Shown in pieces: positions 17,274 through 25,689 of a stretch of DNA of 25,689 nucleotides. Positions within the stretch are counted from its first letter, which is position 1. Each line of letters starts with the position of its first letter. The stretch is taken from the NCBI GenBank assembly GCA_046581755.1, contig JAYGFR010000305.1, positions 1-25,689 of the forward strand, written 5' to 3'. A program made the position numbers and the translations under genes. The stretch comes from Nitrospinota bacterium (GTDB taxonomy: Bacteria; UBA8248). The notes beneath the pieces were generated by a model. The model worked only from the letters and a program-made list of their open reading frames with translations. It was not told the DNA's origin and ran no database searches.

Positions 17274-19318
17274 GTGGAACAGTGCGTAAACATTGGCCGT
17301 GCACCCGAATCCCTTGGAGCCCGTATACGCCATCGCCTGCCATTTCTGGGAGTTTTTTTCTCTCTCGCAATATCCCTGCTTGGGGGCCGCTCTCCGCCCC
17401 CGCCGCTGGTGGAAATGTCCGTGTGCTGATCTTCCAAGAGATCATCAGGGGCTCCCAGTCGGAGTTGTACCCCGGTTTGTCGGAGCCGATATCGAATTTC
17501 CTGGCCCGGAAGCTGAACGCCATTCCCGGCGTCGAGGCCGTGATCGAAGCCAGGCCCTCCCAGCCCATCCTCAACGAGGTGGAGGAAACCGGGTTCCGCC
17601 GCTACCTGGAGATCGCCAAGCGGAAGAAGAGCGATTTTCTGCTGTTCACCGAGATATTTTTCAAATACGAAACTTTCGACCACGAAGACATCATCACGGC
17701 CCTATTGCTGGATGGTTCGACGAAGAAATTTCTGAAATCCGAAATGGCCGATGTCGAGTTGGTGAGTGCGGATCAGTTCCTGGATTTCCCCTACCGCGAC
17801 ATACTGAAAACTTTCTACGCCGGGTTTTCGAGGAAAATAACGCCCGGCTTGCGGTCGGCGGTGGCGCGGCGCGGCGGGCCACCGGCCCCCCCCGGCGAAA
17901 GCGGTGGCCAAGGCCCCGGCCCCTCCGGCTCAGCCGGAGCCAGCCCCCCAAAAGGCCGGCGATAGGCCTCCGGCCGCCAAGGCCGATTCCGAGGCGGAGA
18001 AGGAGCGCATCGCCGCCGCTCCCGAGAAATCCCTCGAACAAGACGCATCCGCCGCACCGTCTCCAGTCCGGGCGATTGGCGCACCAAGATCCTGTATACG
18101 GGCATGTTGGGCTCGGGATGCGGAAAAAGGCCGAATGAAAGGTTCACCGAATCGGCCCGGAAAAAACTCGGGCGAAACCCCAAATTCGACTTGCTCAGTG
18201 AGGACCGGCTCCATCAGGCCACCGGCGGAAACGAGTATTCGATAGAAGACTACTCGAAAGATGATTTCCGCCTCGCCCGAAGGATCGGCAAAAAGGCCGG
18301 CGCCGAATTCGTCTATCTCCACCAGCGGGAGTCGGCAGACAATTTTCGGGGGTGCATCACCACCTACTACATCGTGGTGGTGGCCGATCCGGGCGCCTTC
18401 TTCAAAGCGGAGGCCGTTTGGACCCCGGAAATGTCCAAGGTTGAGCGGCTCCAGGTATATAGGAAGGCCCGCAAGGTCCTCTTCCGGAAGGCCTGGCCCG
18501 CGCTCCGGCGGGCAAGGGCCCGCAAGGCGCGGCGGGCGTTGGTCCGCGAGGCGAAGAAGGAAGCCCCCCTCCCGAGGGCCCCGGCGGGGCCGGACCCCGA
18601 CATGCTGGCCCGCCTCCAAAGGCTCGAAAAAGAGATCAACAGGCTCAGGAGCCAGAAGGGAAGCGCCCCCGCCCCCGGAAGCGCCCGGAGCGCGTGCGTT
18701 GAGACGCTCTGGCGATCGGCGGGCACGGGATTCTACCTCAAGGGCACCCGCCACATCATGACGAACCTCCACGTCGTGGGTTCGGCCACCCAGATCCGCA
18801 TCAGCTTTCCCCAGGGCGGGACCTACACCGGGATGGTGATCGCGCGCGACGCGAACAATGATGTCGCCATCGTCCGCCTTCAGGGCATGAGCCTCAGGAG
18901 CAAGGGGTTTTACGTGGACCTGGCCGCCTCGGTCGAGCCGGGCATCCGGGTATTCGCCATCGGGTATCCCCTGGGCTCGGGGATCAGCATCGTCTCGGGC
19001 GATGTCAGCTCGGCTACGGGCCTGAACCAGAACGCCGCCAAGTTCACGATGACGGCGCCCATCAACGAGGGGAACAGCGGGGGGCCCGTGATCGACGATA
19101 CCGGCGCCCTCGTCGGGATCGCCCAGGGCGGCCTCGTCCAGCGGGGGGTGGAGGCGGTGCGCTTTGGCGCGAAGATATCGACCGCCGCCATCGCGCTCAG
19201 CCAGGCCCGGATCATGCAAAAGTTTTCCATCCATGTGGTCCCGAAAAAAAAGACCCTCAGCTCGCGGGACATCTTTCGGAAATTCTACAAACACGTCATT
19301 CGGATCGAGGTGCGGTAG
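17274..19318 (+). pseudogene. Second secreted trypsin-like protease, interrupted by three apparent 1-nt frameshifts (intact catalytic ORF 18104..19318)
   Basis: GTG 17274 with RBS and an upstream TATAAT gives the signal-like RIRHRLPFLGVFFSLAISLLG. Frame shifts at G5 (17382-17386), C8 (17886-17893) and near 18060. Triad TNLHVV / NNDVA / GNSGGP; colinear with 13507..15192. Confidence 0.75.
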
Positions 19319-19370
19319 GGAGGCGGCCCTCGCGGGCCGTTTCGGGTTTCGTGCCCGCCGGGGCTGGCGC

Positions 19371-20068
19371 TCAGGCCAGGTCGAAGAGAAGAATCCGCGC
19401 GGATTCGATGGGGGCGATTTCGAGGGCCTCCTCCTCGCTCACGGCGGCACCGTCCCCCTCGGTTAGAATCTGTCCGTTGAGCGCCACCGTTTCCCGCGCC
19501 ACCTGAAGCCAGGCGTGGCGATCCGGGGCCAGGGCATATTCCACGGGCGTTTCCGGTTCGAGGACCGCCGTAAACAGACGAATATCCTGATGAACGGGTA
19601 GCGCACCGCCGGCCCCCTCTCTTGCGGCGAGGAGTGTAAGCTTTCCAAGCTGGCCCTCCTCGGGAAAGGAGCGCTCGGCGTAGCTGGGTTCGAGCCCTCC
19701 CCGGTCCGGGTCGATCCATATCTGAAAAAACCAGACGGGTTCATCCTCCGAGCCGTTGTATTCGCTGTGGGTGATGCCCGACCCCGCGCTCATCACCTGC
19801 ACATCGCCCGGCTTCAGGATGGAGACCGAGCCCAGGTTGTCCTTGTGGGCGAGCGACCCCTCGAGGACGAGGGTGACGATTTCCATGTCGCCGTGGCTGT
19901 GGGTGCCGAAGCCCCCGCCCGGGGCCACCCGGTCGTCGTTGATCACGCGGAGATTGCGGAATCCCGGATTCTCCGGGTCGCGGTATTCGCCGAACGAAAA
20001 TGAGTGGCGGCTGTCCAGCCAGCCGAGCTGGGTGCGGCCGCGCCGATCGGCGAGGTGTATTCGGTCAT
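19371..20068 (-). CDS. Pirin-family protein (YhhW-like), 1-nt frameshift just after the start codon
   Basis: RGRTQLGWLDSRHSFSFGEY, LRVINDD, GFGTHSHGDMEIVT, MSAGSGITHSEYN, FQIWI. ATG 20068 is one base out of frame with the body. Confidence 0.9.
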
Positions 20069-20183
20069 CTTTTTTCCCTCATGCTGAAATTATGGACCCG
20101 CCCCTCGCCCCGAGGACCCCGGGGACTCCGAGGCCGGGCATGGGCGGCCCCTCCCGTGAGCGGCCGGAGGCGACCGGGTACGG

Positions 20184-20972
20184 CTACCGGATGACGGCGA
20201 ATTTAGGCGCGCGCTCCTTTTTGGCGGTCCTCGCGCAGCGGAAGCCGACGATCTTCCAGCGGATGATTCCGTCCAGGCGGAAGCGGGTGGCGGCGCGGAG
20301 CATCTCGGGCGAGTTGCGGTAGGAGCCGCCCTTGATGGTGTGAAGAAATCCCGAGGGAGGCCCCTGGGGATTCCGCGCCGGGGCCTCGCGGTAGTAAAAC
20401 TCTCCCCAGAAATCGCGGGTCCACTCCCAGACACCCCCCGCCATTCCCCGCGCGCCGTAGAGGCTCTCGCCGCCGGGGCGCCCGCCCACGGGGACGGGCT
20501 TCGTCACGCCGTGGGCCACGCGGGCGGGATCGAATTCGTTTCCCCAGGGGTAGCGCCGGCCGTCGGGGCCGCGCGCGGCTTTTTCCCATTCGGCCTCGGT
20601 GGGCAGGCGTTTTCCGGTCCAGCCGCAATAGGCCGCGGCGTCGCGCCAGCTGATGCCGACGATGGGAAGCTCCGGGCGGTGGAGAGCGGGGTCGGAGGCG
20701 TATTTCGAGGGGCGGTGGCCGGTGGCGGCTCGGAAACGCTCCCACCCGGCGACGGAAACCTCGTCGCGATCGATCCAGAAGGCATCGAGGTGAACCCTGC
20801 GGACGGGAAGCTCCTGGAGCGGGCCGTCGCGGCTTCCCTGGATGAAAGCGCCCGCTTGAATGAGGATCATCTTCTCGAAGGCGCGCAAAAGGCGCTCCAC
20901 CGCGCCCGTGTTGCGCATCCCGGACAGGGCGGCCAGGATCGCGATGACCAAGACTCCGGCGCCGGCTGCCAT
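20184..20972 (-). CDS. FGE/SUMF1-fold protein (NirV/PvdO-like), N-terminally anchored or exported
   Basis: AFWIDRDEVS, PIVGISWRDAAAYC-x-W-x-GKRLPTEAEWEKAARG, YPWG, MAGGVWEW, GGSY, GFRCA. The catalytic Cys pair of true FGE is not present. Confidence 0.9.
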   Translation of the reverse strand: MAAGAGVLVIAILAALSGMRNTGAVERLLRAFEKMILIQAGAFIQGSRDGPLQELPVRRVHLDAFWIDRDEVSVAGWERFRAATGHRPSKYASDPALHRPELPIVGISWRDAAAYCGWTGKRLPTEAEWEKAARGPDGRRYPWGNEFDPARVAHGVTKPVPVGGRPGGESLYGARGMAGGVWEWTRDFWGEFYYREAPARNPQGPPSGFLHTIKGGSYRNSPEMLRAATRFRLDGIIRWKIVGFRCARTAKKERAPKFAVIR

Positions 20973-20978
20973 AACGGC

Positions 20979-21770
20979 CTACTTCTTCTTGCGTGGCTTT
21001 CCGTTGATGAATGTTTCCCGCACATAGCGTACCACGCCCCAGATTTCCTTGTCGTTCAGGATGTGGCCGTAGGCTTTCATGAAGTCGAACTTCTTCACCG
21101 TCGTCGCCTCGAGGCGGCCCATCTTGATGAGGGCGAAGAGGAATTCATCGTCGAACCGCTCCATCTGCTCTTTGAGGGTGTAGTTCATCGGCGGTGGCTG
21201 GATCTCGCTCACGAAGGGCTTGCCGAGGGGCTGATCCCCTCGGGGGCGCTCGCCGTCGCCCCTGCCCTTGAAGCCGTGGCACTGGGAGCAGGCGTCCTTG
21301 AAAATTTCGGCCGACTCGGGGTCGTTGATTTTTTTACCGGACGTGATGCCCCGCTCCCATTGGATCAGCTTGCGGATCTGGGGCTCCTCGAGCACCTCGC
21401 CGAAAGAGGGCATTGCCGTTGGGGTGGCCCCCTTGAGCTTCATGCCCTTGGTCTTCCCGAGGAGGACGTTGATCTTGCCGAACTTGACGATCATGAACAT
21501 GTAATCGTCCGTCATGCGCTTCATGTAGGAGCTGGTGAAAACCTGGGGCCGGGGGCGCGAGCTCCGGAAGCTCGGACCCTTTCCGTCGCCCTTGAGCCCG
21601 TGGCACGAGAAACAGATCTCCTCGAAGATCTCCTTGCCGAGCCAGTAGTCGCCCTTTTTCAGTTCGGCCTGGGGAGGGGGCTTAGCGGCGAGTGCGGGGG
21701 CGGCGAGTGCGGCGAGGAGGCCCAGGGCCAGCCCCGCGATCCCCGTTTTGAAAAGCGTTTGACGGCTCAT
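20979..21770 (-). CDS. Periplasmic dihaem cytochrome c
   Basis: Signal peptide ending ALA; CFSCHG-x2-GDGKG and CSQCHG-x2-GRGDG; candidate distal Met in AMPSF and FMKAY. GAGG RBS before ATG 21770. Confidence 0.9.
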   Translation of the reverse strand: MSRQTLFKTGIAGLALGLLAALAAPALAAKPPPQAELKKGDYWLGKEIFEEICFSCHGLKGDGKGPSFRSSRPRPQVFTSSYMKRMTDDYMFMIVKFGKINVLLGKTKGMKLKGATPTAMPSFGEVLEEPQIRKLIQWERGITSGKKINDPESAEIFKDACSQCHGFKGRGDGERPRGDQPLGKPFVSEIQPPPMNYTLKEQMERFDDEFLFALIKMGRLEATTVKKFDFMKAYGHILNDKEIWGVVRYVRETFINGKPRKKK

Positions 21771-21943
21771 GAAATCGATTTCCTCTCTCGGTTTCGGGTC
21801 CAGGCGAAACTCGGGCGCGGAAGAAGCCAATTCCTCTTCCGCGCCCGGTTTTTACTGTGGCCCGGACGCTTTTGCAATGTTTCCGTTACGCGCGGGCGGC
21901 CGTACCTATCCGAAATTGCCCGCGGCGGGGCGCCGGCTCCCGG

Positions 21944-22521
21944 CTACTTTCGGGCGCACGGGTTGCACGGATTTTTCGCCGCGCACGGGTTGCAGGGGTT
22001 CGAGCCTCCGCCGGTGCGCTTCACGGTCTTCATGAAGGCCTTGCGCTCTTTCTCCCAGGAGAGCATCCGCTTGTATTGGCCCGGGGAGAGGGAGGTGACG
22101 TAGCTCTCGAGGTCGCGGTAGTCCTGCGAGTAGGGGTCCATCGGCGCATTGCCGATGAATACGGTGGCGCACAAGTCGTTGAACTGGCCCACCGAAATGA
22201 TCTGGTTCGCCGGGCTCAGGCGCGGAAAGTGCTCGGTCGCGCCGACCAGGGTGGGGATGGGCACGGGGTTCCGGTTGCCCATCACGTCCACGGCCGTGCC
22301 TCCCACCGTGCGCCCGCGCGGATGGCCTCCCACGCAGCCTACGTCGCGGAAAATTTTCTTTCCCCGCTTCACGGAGTCGACGACGGTGCTGTCTCTCCTC
22401 TGGTGAAGAAAAACGCCGGCGGAGTGACCGTTTTTTTCTTGGCGATCTGTTTTGTGGCGGCTTGAGGCGCCGCCAGCGCCAATGCCAGGGCGACGGCAAG
22501 AATTGTACAGGTTTTCCTCAT
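21944..22521 (-). CDS. SoxA/TsdA-like His/Cys-ligated haem c domain with CxxGH and a C-terminal NPC-repeat tail, frameshifted near 22400-22440
   Basis: GGAGG before ATG 22521 gives the signal peptide MRKTCTILAVALALALAAPQA. The body lies in the adjacent frame: RGKKIF-x4-CVGGH...PTLVGA-x2-HFPR...FNDLC-x7-APMDP-x-S-x4-DLESYVTSLS, with tail [18 protein letters not shown]. Confidence 0.7.
21947..22000 (-). repeat. NPC repeat block (4 Cys)
   Basis: Encodes [18 protein letters not shown]. Confidence 0.95.
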
Positions 22522-22584
22522 TTTTCACCCTCCACGATTGAACGAATTTCGGTTCAAAATTCCCGCCGAATCGGGCTTCCGTTT

Positions 22585-23232
22585 TTACTTGCCCGCGCAA
22601 GGGTTGCAGGGGTTCCGCCCCGCGCAAGGGTTCTTGGCCGCGCACGGGTTACTGGCGGCGCATGGATTCGCCGCGCACGGGTTGCAAGGATTTCCGCCCC
22701 CGCCGCTGCGGGCGTAGATGAAATTGGCTTTGAAATAATTGCCCCGGGCCTGGGTGGAGATGTTGACGGACATTCCCGGTTTCAGGGATTTGGCGCCGAC
22801 GACCTTGTTGCCGACGCGGGTGATCGTCAACTTCTGGAGGTGAACGCTCACCATTTTGCCGTCCGAGGAGCGGACATTCAAATAATTCCCTTTATAGCCG
22901 ACCACCTGGCCGACAATCATGACGCCTTCCATGCGGGCCGAGGCGCCGCCGCCGCACGGGTTGCAAGGATTGCCCGCCGCACAGGGGTTCTTCGCCGCGC
23001 AGGGATTGCAAGGGTTACTTGCGGCGCAAGGGTTTTTCGCCGCGCAGAGGTTCTTGGCTGCGCACGGATTGGCTGGGCAAGGGTTTTTCGCCGCGCAAGG
23101 ATTGCAAGGGTTCTTCGCCGCGCACGGATTGGCTGCCGCATCGGCGGGCGTCACCATGGGCGCCGCCGCCGAGAGGGCCAGGGCGAAAAGCGCTCCGAGC
23201 GAGAGGGTCAAGGTCCGTCGAAACATGATCAT
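22585..23232 (-). CDS. Secreted NPC-repeat Cys-rich protein with a central beta-rich (OB-fold/DUF5666-like) domain
   Basis: GGAGGTG RBS (start 23232 or 23226). Signal peptide ending ADA; 12 N-terminal and 7 C-terminal N(P/L)C units around IVGQVV...LKPGMSVNI...FKANFI. Confidence 0.85.
   Translation of the reverse strand: MIMFRRTLTLSLGALFALALSAAAPMVTPADAAANPCAAKNPCNPCAAKNPCPANPCAAKNLCAAKNPCAASNPCNPCAAKNPCAAGNPCNPCGGGASARMEGVMIVGQVVGYKGNYLNVRSSDGKMVSVHLQKLTITRVGNKVVGAKSLKPGMSVNISTQARGNYFKANFIYARSGGGGNPCNPCAANPCAASNPCAAKNPCAGRNPCNPCAGK
22588..22692 (-). repeat. NPC repeat block (7 Cys)
   Basis: [35 protein letters not shown]. Confidence 0.95.
22954..23130 (-). repeat. NPC repeat block (12 Cys)
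   Basis: [59 protein letters not shown]. Synonymous codons vary between units. Confidence 0.95.
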
Positions 23233-23465
23233 TTCACCTCCGTAAATGAGCGATTGGAATCAAATCCGGAAAAACTCGCCCAGAAATGGCGAATCACCGT
23301 AATAGAACAATCCTTTTGCCGAATTGTATCCTATTTGAATGATGAGATAGATAACGCTCTTAAGTTGGAAACACCTAATTTAGGGACTTATTCCTTGGAT
23401 AGAGGGGGAAATAAGAGAGAGCAGGGGGAAGGCGCTTGTTTTGCTTTATATTCGTCGCCCCTCTT

Positions 23466-23891
23466 TCACGGCAGGAGCTGGAACCCCAGAATCGCCACCA
23501 TAAGCGAGACGAACACGGCGATAAACGCGCAAAAGGCATGAATCTGGCGGATATCCTCCCTGCCAGGGGCGAGGCGCAGCTTGCGGCCCAGGTAGGCGGT
23601 CCCCAGGTAAAGGGAGAGGGAGAGGGTGCCGAAATAGCTGTGCGCGGTGGCGAAAACGGGCTCGCCCAGGAGGAAGCGCATCCCCAGCGGCCCCAGGAGG
23701 TAGCCCGCCGTGAGGCACGCGGTGAAGCATCTGGCCAGCCGCATATGATGGGCCGCCAGCCGGGCGGTATGGGGTCCGGCCCCCTGGCGGCGGCTCTTTC
23801 GTATCCGCAGGCCCAGGACCAGCAGGTACAACCCGAGAATGAGCGCCGACGTCTGGAGGGCGGGATGAAAAAACGCTAGGGCTCGGCTCAA
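23466..23891 (-). CDS. DUF4079-like four-helix membrane protein (possible cytochrome b)
   Basis: Four TM helices, each carrying His (FFHP, AAHH, TAHS, QIHA), and C-terminal GFQLLP. GGAGG 10 nt before TTG 23891. Confidence 0.7.
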   Translation of the reverse strand: MSRALAFFHPALQTSALILGLYLLVLGLRIRKSRRQGAGPHTARLAAHHMRLARCFTACLTAGYLLGPLGMRFLLGEPVFATAHSYFGTLSLSLYLGTAYLGRKLRLAPGREDIRQIHAFCAFIAVFVSLMVAILGFQLLP

Positions 23892-24040
23892 ATCAAATAT
23901 TCCTCCGTCGCTGGTCGTAGGATTGGAAATTCCGGCATTGCCGCATGGCCCCGTGAAGTCTAAGATGCGGCTACCCGATATTCCAGAGCTATTTTGCCCA
24001 GAGTTTTTTTTGCTATTCCCCGAATCCATTGAGAGTGCCG

Positions 24041-24835
24041 ATGAACTATGAAGATTTATGCTCATTCGTCCGAGGGAGCCAGGTGTTCGACCTGGGGGTG
24101 GACCTGTTTCCCGGAATGCCCCACGTTCCCACTCATGCACCGTACGGTTTTACGCTGAACCGCGAGCACGGCGACCTGATGCTCCCCAGCGGGGCGTGCT
24201 CGGCCGTCGAAGCCATCTTTTGCACGGGCCACACCGGAACCCACATCGACGCCCTCAGCCACTATTCCATGGACATGAAGCTTCACGGGGGGATCGCCGT
24301 GAAGGATGTCCAGAGCAAGACCGAGGGCATGAAGGCGCACGGTATCGAGACGGTGGCGCCCTTTGTCCAGCGGGGGGTGATGCTCGATGTGACGGCGCAT
24401 CTGGACAAGGAAATCCTCGAAGGGGGATTCGGGATCGGCCCCAAGGAACTCGAGGCCGTCGCGGAGGCCCAGGGGGTGCGCATCGAGGCGGGCGATGTCG
24501 TCCTGGTCCGGACGGGCCAGATGCAGCAATGGCCGGGCCGGAACTATTACTTTCAAGAGAGCGGCCAGCCCGGCGTCAACATCGACGGGGCCCGGTGGCT
24601 TTCCGGCCGCGGGATTCGCATGGTGGGCACGGACACCTACTGCGTCGAGGTCCGGCCCGAACCCGCGAGCCCGGTCCACGTCCACATGCTGGTGGAGTCG
24701 GGAATCTATCTGCTCGAAATCGTGAATCTCGAGGAACTGAGCCGGACGAAGACCTACGAATTTCTTTTCGTGGCCATGCCGCTGAAAATCAGGGGGGGTA
24801 CGGGCTCGCCCGTCCGTCCCGTGGCGATTGTGTAG
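24041..24835 (+). CDS. Cyclase-family metal-dependent hydrolase (kynurenine formamidase-like)
   Basis: HTGTHIDA, GDVVLVRTG, PG, VGTDT, VH-x2-ML-x3-GI-x2-LE, PLKIRGGTGSPVRP. Confidence 0.92.
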   Translation: MNYEDLCSFVRGSQVFDLGVDLFPGMPHVPTHAPYGFTLNREHGDLMLPSGACSAVEAIFCTGHTGTHIDALSHYSMDMKLHGGIAVKDVQSKTEGMKAHGIETVAPFVQRGVMLDVTAHLDKEILEGGFGIGPKELEAVAEAQGVRIEAGDVVLVRTGQMQQWPGRNYYFQESGQPGVNIDGARWLSGRGIRMVGTDTYCVEVRPEPASPVHVHMLVESGIYLLEIVNLEELSRTKTYEFLFVAMPLKIRGGTGSPVRPVAIV

Positions 24836-24880
24836 CGAAATCGGGCGGGGCGGGGCTTCCCCGGGATTATACGCCGGCGC

Positions 24881-25689
24881 TCACTCGAAGACGGCCGAAA
24901 TGACCCGGTTCCGGCCTTCCTCCTTGGCCCGGTAGAGAAGGGTGTCGGCCGCTGGGTAGACGGTCTCCAGCGTGGGCCGGTTTTGAGAGTCGATCGAAAG
25001 GGCGCCCAGGCAGATCGTCACCGCTCCCGCCTTGGGCATGGCCATGAAGTGTTCTTCCTCGACGATGTGGCGGATTCTCTCGCATACGTGAACCATCATA
25101 TCCATCGGCGTGTGCGGAAGAAGGATGCCGAATTCCTCTCCCCCGAACCGGAATACATGGTCCAGCGTACGCGTTTGCTCGCGGAGAATCTGGGCGATCT
25201 GGCGGAGCATGTCGTCTCCGGCCGGGTGTCCGTAGGTATCGTTGATGTTCTTGAATTTATCGATGTCGATGATGACCAGCCCGACGATTTGACCTGTCCG
25301 GATGGTACGCGAGAGCTCCCGGGCGCCTGCGTCCTCGAACCCCCGGCGGTTGAGCAGGCCCGTTAGCGGGTCGGTGTACTGGACCGCGTGGAGCTGCTCG
25401 CGGCTGACGCGGTGGGCGAGGTAGATGGTCTCCAGATCCATCCGGGCGTGGGCCAGGTCCAGCAGGTTTTTCACATGTCTCTTGAAGGCCTGATCCACCA
25501 GTTTCAGGGGGAGTACGGTCTGGGCCCACGGCGGGCTGTTTAGGAGGTAGGGGGAGGTATCATCCTTGACGAGGGCGACGACGGAGGAAAACCCATGGTT
25601 GGCACCTCCATGAGCTTGCCGATGATTTTCTCCGCCTCGTTTTCCACGCTTTCCATGTGGACGAGGAGCATATGGGGCGGATTCGAGCT
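24881..25689 (-). CDS. GGDEF diguanylate cyclase with an N-terminal degenerate receiver-like domain, 5' end off the window, probable frameshift near 25583
   Basis: TDPLTGLLNRRGF, DIDKFKNINDTYGHPAGD, RTLD I-site, RFGGEEF, AKEEGRNRV. The upstream frame reads PPHMLLVH...KIIGKLMEVPTMGFP then (P)VVALV. Confidence 0.9.
   Translation of the reverse strand, partial: LESAPYAPRPHGKRGKRGGENHRQAHGGANHGFSSVVALVKDDTSPYLLNSPPWAQTVLPLKLVDQAFKRHVKNLLDLAHARMDLETIYLAHRVSREQLHAVQYTDPLTGLLNRRGFEDAGARELSRTIRTGQIVGLVIIDIDKFKNINDTYGHPAGDDMLRQIAQILREQTRTLDHVFRFGGEEFGILLPHTPMDMMVHVCERIRHIVEEEHFMAMPKAGAVTICLGALSIDSQNRPTLETVYPAADTLLYRAKEEGRNRVISAVFE

Noticed and set aside
17963..17965. Pyrrolysine or amber read-through joining the protease ORFs
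   Set aside because: The alternative frame encodes a far more plausible linker, and nothing in the window supports recoding.
19324..19343. Hairpin after the second protease gene as a terminator
   Set aside because: Only a 6-bp stem with an interrupted U tract; too weak to call.
20184..20972. True formylglycine-generating enzyme or DGR target
   Set aside because: It lacks the catalytic Cys pair, and there is no sulfatase, reverse transcriptase or template repeat in the window.
20340..22103. Long antisense or alternative-frame ORFs (587 aa here; also 3979..5295, 13249..14811, 17930..19294, 10060..11199)
   Set aside because: These are shadow ORFs of GC-rich genes with no recognisable motifs, and they overlap well-supported genes on the other strand.
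22588..23130. Short DNA repeats that could be mistaken for a CRISPR array
   Set aside because: The units are 9-18 bp, in frame, vary at synonymous sites and have no unique spacers. No cas genes are present.

Overview
GC-rich bacterial window (roughly two-thirds G+C by eye) made up of accessory metabolic and envelope genes, with no rRNA, tRNA or CRISPR array seen. Left part, nearly all on the minus strand: tandem SnoaL/NTF2 paralogues, a stand-alone PilZ protein, a membrane protein, and a putative catabolic operon (NitT/TauT-type ABC importer, two VOC proteins, D-2-hydroxyacid dehydrogenase, DinB, metallophosphoesterase). These are followed by a 7Fe ferredoxin, tandem DUF6282-like amidohydrolases and a small zinc-ribbon protein. 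Middle: a DSD1/D-threonine aldolase-type PLP enzyme, two paralogous secreted trypsin-like proteases that look circularly permuted, a PPOX-like protein, an IS1380 remnant, a VOC dioxygenase and a luciferase-domain protein. The most unusual locus is 19371-23891 (minus strand). It holds a four-His DUF4079-like membrane protein and a secreted protein with 19 Cys in Asn-Pro-Cys (NPC) repeats. Next come a SoxA/TsdA-like haem domain with a CxxGH motif and its own NPC tail, a dihaem cytochrome c, an FGE/SUMF1-fold protein and a pirin. The window ends with a cyclase-family hydrolase and a pseudo-receiver GGDEF protein. About eight apparent 1-nt frameshifts, mostly deletions and often at homopolymer runs, suggest sequencing error or early gene decay. 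All family calls come from motif recognition; no database search was run.
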